64,000 nucleotides of DNA from Treponema sp. (GTDB taxonomy: Bacteria > Spirochaetota > Spirochaetia > Treponematales > Treponemataceae), in NCBI RefSeq assembly GCF_018384055.1, contig NZ_JAHAZL010000056.1; one strand, written 5' to 3'. The translations under genes were made by a program, and so were the position numbers. Below the pieces are notes generated by a model, which saw nothing but the letters and a program-made list of their open reading frames with translations, ran no database searches and was not told the DNA's origin. Position 1 is the stretch's first letter. The number at the start of each line of letters is the position of its first letter. This document shows positions 60,657 to 64,000 of this stretch, one piece after another.

Positions 60657-61754
60657 ATGGCGGAAAACAACGACTTCCTTACGACCCAGATAATCACATA
60701 TATAGGAAACAAAAGAATCCTCATCGGGTACATTCAGAAGGAAATTGAACTCATAAAGGCAAAACTCAACAAGAAAAAGCTTGTTACCGCCGACCTTTTT
60801 TCCGGAAGCGGTATCGTTGCCCGCATGCTCAAGCAGCATTCATCCCTTGTAATCGCCAATGACCTTGAAAATTACAGCCGAATCCTCAATTCCTGCTACC
60901 TTTTCAACAGGCGTGAATTTGATGCCGACAGGTATTTTGATCTTAGAAATGTCCTGGAAAAAGAATTTTTTGAGGTAAAAACTCCGGGAATCATCTGCGA
61001 AAACTACGCCCCCAAGGACACAAACGACATAAAGGCCGGCGAAAGGGCCTTTTACACCCGCGAAAACGCAGAAAGAATCGATACTTACAGAAAATTGATA
61101 GAAAAAGTTGATGAAGAATACAGGAATTTCTTTCTTGCACCTCTTTTAACGGAAGCCAGCATCCATGTGAATACAAGCGGAGTCTTCAAAGGCTTTTACA
61201 AGGACAAAAAGACAGGTATCGGGTGCTTCGGAGGAACAGGAAAGAACGCACTCACAAGAATCATGGGTCAGGTTGAACTTCCAGTGCCTGTTTTCAGCAA
61301 CTATTCAAGCAAAATGCAGCTATTCCAGCAGGATACCGTGGAACTTTCTGCAGAACTAAAGAAAATCGACATTGCATACCTTGATCCGCCATACAACCAG
61401 CACCCTTACGGAAGCAATTACTTCATGCTGAATCTCATTGCGGACAATTCGATTCCGGATGTAAAGCTAAGCAAAGTCTCGGGCATCCCATGCAACTGGA
61501 ACAGGTCCAAATTCAACAAAAAAGCATACGCACTGTATTCCATGGACAAAATCATTGCCAATCTCGATGCAAAATACACAATTGTTTCCTATAATAATGA
61601 AGGTTTCATCGAATTTGACGAAATGAAGAACATGCTGAAAAAATACGGCAAGGTAAAGACGGTAGAAATCCTATACAACACCTTCCGCGGAAGCCGCAAC
61701 CTTAAAAACCGCGACATTCATGTAAACGAATTTCTCTTTGTTCTGGAAAAATAA
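60657..61754 (+). CDS. Orphan DNA adenine methyltransferase (D12/Dam-like class)
   Basis: YIGNK, DLFSGSG (SAM binding) and YLDPPYN (catalytic); start moved to MAENN; no nuclease adjacent. Confidence 0.88.
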   Translation: MAENNDFLTTQIITYIGNKRILIGYIQKEIELIKAKLNKKKLVTADLFSGSGIVARMLKQHSSLVIANDLENYSRILNSCYLFNRREFDADRYFDLRNVLEKEFFEVKTPGIICENYAPKDTNDIKAGERAFYTRENAERIDTYRKLIEKVDEEYRNFFLAPLLTEASIHVNTSGVFKGFYKDKKTGIGCFGGTGKNALTRIMGQVELPVPVFSNYSSKMQLFQQDTVELSAELKKIDIAYLDPPYNQHPYGSNYFMLNLIADNSIPDVKLSKVSGIPCNWNRSKFNKKAYALYSMDKIIANLDAKYTIVSYNNEGFIEFDEMKNMLKKYGKVKTVEILYNTFRGSRNLKNRDIHVNEFLFVLEK

Positions 61755-61763
61755 ACCGCACAT

Positions 61764-61910
61764 GGATTGCTTCGTCAAAGGCTCCTCGCAATGACAAAAA
61801 AAATGACATGGCAACGGGGACAGACCCCTATTAATCAGGATTGCTTCGTCGCAGGCTCCTCGCAATGACGAAAAAAACGACATGGCAACGGGGACAGCCC
61901 CCTATTAATC
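61764..61910. repeat. Tandem duplication of a 73-bp REP-like unit
   Basis: 61764-61836 and 61838-61910; each has GGATTGCTTCGTC..AGGCTCCTCGCAATGAC and GGGGACAG[A/C]CCCC. Confidence 0.9.
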
Positions 61911-61917
61911 TACGTAC

Positions 61918-61963
61918 AAAAAAAATCCCCCGGCAGCCTGCAATCGCAAGACCGTCCGGAGGA
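61918..61963 (-). terminator. Intrinsic terminator of ilvE
   Basis: TCCTCCGG...CCGGGGGA stem then T8 on the minus strand. Confidence 0.65.
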
Positions 61964-61992
61964 CTAAATTATGAATTATGCATTCTTAATTA

Positions 61993-63015
61993 TTAATTGA
62001 TTTCAACAACCCATCCTTCTGGTCCCTTTACAGTTCCCATCTGGATGCCCGTCAAAGTCTCGCGAAGCTTCTGCATGACTGGACCGATGTTTTCCATTCC
62101 GCTTGGAAGCATGATTGACTTTCCGTGGTCGTCGATCTGTCCGATTGGAGAAATAACGGCTGCAGTACCGCAAAGACCGCATTCAACGAACTTCTTGAGT
62201 TCCTTCTTGTTTACCTTGCGTTCTTCAACCTTCATGCCGAGGATGTCCTTTGCAACTGTAATCAAAGAACGGCGTGTGATTGAAGGAAGGATTGAACCAG
62301 ACTTTGGAGTAATGAGAGTACCCTTCTTGTCAACGAAGAGGATGTTTGCTCCACCAGTTTCTTCAATATAAGTATGTGTTGCAGGGTCTGTGTACATGTT
62401 TTCTGCATATCCGCAGTTGTGTGCATCCACGATGTTGTAGAGAGACATTGCGTAGTTGAGACCAGCCTTGATGTCACCTGTTCCGTGAGGAGCTGCACGG
62501 TCGCGGTCAGAAATGCGAACCTTGATTGGCTTTACTCCGCCCTTAAAGTATGGTCCTACTGGAGTTACAAGAATACGGAACTGGAATTCTGTAGCAGGCT
62601 TAACACCGATAACTGCATTTGAACCGAACATGAATGGACGGATGTAAAGTGTAGCGCCGCTTCCGTAAGGTGGAACATAGTCAAGGTTTGCCTTAACAAC
62701 ATCGATTACAGCCTGAATGAACTTTTCCTTTGGGAAAACAGGCATTTCAAGGCGAGTACAGCTGTCTGCCATGCGGTCAGCGTTGAGGTCAGGTCTGAAT
62801 GTAACGACTTTTCCGTCTGAAGTTGTATATGCTTTAAGTCCTTCGAAACATGTCTGTGCATACTGAAGGACGCAGGCGCATTCGCTCATTGTGATTGTGT
62901 GGTTAGAAGTAAGAGTTCCTTCATCCCAAGCACCGTCTTTCCAGTTTGCTACGAAACTCTTGCTTGTTTCCATGTAGCCGAAAGGCAAGTTGCCCCAGTC
63001 GATGTCTTTTGCCAT
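61993..63015 (-). CDS. ilvE: Branched-chain amino acid aminotransferase
   Basis: YAQTCFEGLKAY, LYIRP, KAGLNYA (PLP lysine), EETGGAN, ILPSITR, CGTAA. Confidence 0.95.
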   Translation of the reverse strand: MAKDIDWGNLPFGYMETSKSFVANWKDGAWDEGTLTSNHTITMSECACVLQYAQTCFEGLKAYTTSDGKVVTFRPDLNADRMADSCTRLEMPVFPKEKFIQAVIDVVKANLDYVPPYGSGATLYIRPFMFGSNAVIGVKPATEFQFRILVTPVGPYFKGGVKPIKVRISDRDRAAPHGTGDIKAGLNYAMSLYNIVDAHNCGYAENMYTDPATHTYIEETGGANILFVDKKGTLITPKSGSILPSITRRSLITVAKDILGMKVEERKVNKKELKKFVECGLCGTAAVISPIGQIDDHGKSIMLPSGMENIGPVMQKLRETLTGIQMGTVKGPEGWVVEIN

Positions 63016-63173
63016 AAAAGTACCTCTTGAAGATAAAAAATAAAGTGGAACTTAAAAAACTTAAGTTTATTAAAGTCCACAAAAAAATAATATCACTACG
63101 AAAAAAAAATGTAAAATGAATTCTCCAGGATTAAAGAAATCCTTTATTAAAAAAAATCCGCCAGCAAAAAAAA

Positions 63174-64000
63174 TCAATTGTTCGAAGGAATCGTAATAAG
63201 AACTTCCGTACCTGCATTTACGATGCTTTTCACATCCATGGTGCCGTTGCAAATTTTTTCAATGCGGAATTTAGTGTTTTCAATGCCAAGATGTTTTCTT
63301 TTTGTGTCCTTTGGTTTTGTCACGTCAAAACCGACTCCGTCATCCTTTACGGAAATGAAAATTTTTCCATCCTTTTCCCAGGTAGAAATCCTTATGGTCC
63401 CACCGGACTTCTTTGCCCTAAGTCCATGCTGAATAGAATTTTCAACGATAGGCTGAAGTATCAAAGGAGGGACTGAAAAATTCTTTATGGCTATATCATA
63501 AACAACAGATATATTGTCAAAACGTTCCTTTTCAATCTCAAGATAACATTCAATATGTTCAAGTTCCCGTTCAAAGGGATGATGAGAAACAGTGTCAAAG
63601 GCATCCTTGTTTCCCTTCAGAAATTTGGAAAGATTGTTCAGCATTCTTTCAGCTCTTTCAGGTTCAGACTGATAAAGCACCTTAATATTGTAAAGGACAT
63701 TGTTAACAAAGTGAGGCTGAATCTGAGACTGGGAAACACTTATCAGAGAATGTTCAAGCTTGATTCGGTTTTCAAAAAAATTTCCGTAGACAACATTATA
63801 AAACACAAAAAACTGAATGCAGATCTGAACCGTAGTTGCAATGGCAACAGGATTGATTTCCTTTATGTATTCGTAACAGGCCTCAATCTTCAGTGCATAA
63901 ATAAGTATGCATGAAAACCAGCAGACCAAATAGAGAAGAAGGCTTGAAAGAAGAAGAATAAAAATTCTAGGTCTGTATTGCTTTCTGTAAAAAATCAAAA
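63174..64000 (-). CDS. LytS/YehU-family sensor histidine kinase; 5' end probably outside the window
   Basis: SQIQPHFVNNVL H-box, QPIVENSIQHG, DDGVGF, HLGIEN. Confidence 0.88.
   Translation of the reverse strand, partial: LIFYRKQYRPRIFILLLSSLLLYLVCWFSCILIYALKIEACYEYIKEINPVAIATTVQICIQFFVFYNVVYGNFFENRIKLEHSLISVSQSQIQPHFVNNVLYNIKVLYQSEPERAERMLNNLSKFLKGNKDAFDTVSHHPFERELEHIECYLEIEKERFDNISVVYDIAIKNFSVPPLILQPIVENSIQHGLRAKKSGGTIRISTWEKDGKIFISVKDDGVGFDVTKPKDTKRKHLGIENTKFRIEKICNGTMDVKSIVNAGTEVLITIPSNN

Noticed and set aside
60509..60839. Small ORFs 60509-60733, 60512-60748 and 60552-60839 (also 61671-61883)
   Set aside because: Translations of the palindromic repeats or overlaps with the methyltransferase
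60657..61754. Complete restriction-modification system
   Set aside because: Neighbours are the activase and ilvE; no endonuclease or specificity subunit in the window

Overview
AT-rich bacterial chromosomal segment, most genes on the minus strand. Gene content and order point to a Treponema-like spirochaete (inference). It holds metY, RNase II, a stand-alone sugar ABC ATPase, tRNA-Leu(GAG), and the block rimP-nusA-infB-rbfA-[MATE]-truB/ribF-rpsO-pnp-M16 peptidase-dut-lptF-lptG-tgt. It also holds mcsA-mcsB-clpC, lolCDE-like genes, ftsY, prfB, a GH5 glycoside hydrolase, carD-ispDF, an 1854-aa coiled-coil protein, a TPR/beta-barrel/ExbB/ExbD/TonB operon, a 2-hydroxyacyl-CoA dehydratase activase, an orphan DNA adenine methyltransferase, ilvE and a partial LytS-type kinase. 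No CRISPR array, prophage or transposase is visible. The most notable signals are: (1) a solitary Cas2-like gene upstream of prfB with no cas1 or array; (2) a TonB/ExbBD motor operon with a 969-aa TPR protein and a small putative outer-membrane barrel; (3) an McsB lacking most catalytic-motif residues; (4) a TruB-RibF fusion without the kinase motif; (5) REP/MITE-like repeats that bracket the methyltransferase in inverted orientation and recur beside the MATE gene; (6) repeated leaderless-type promoters; (7) prfB with the frameshift site in frame. All calls come from motif recognition by eye; no searches were run.
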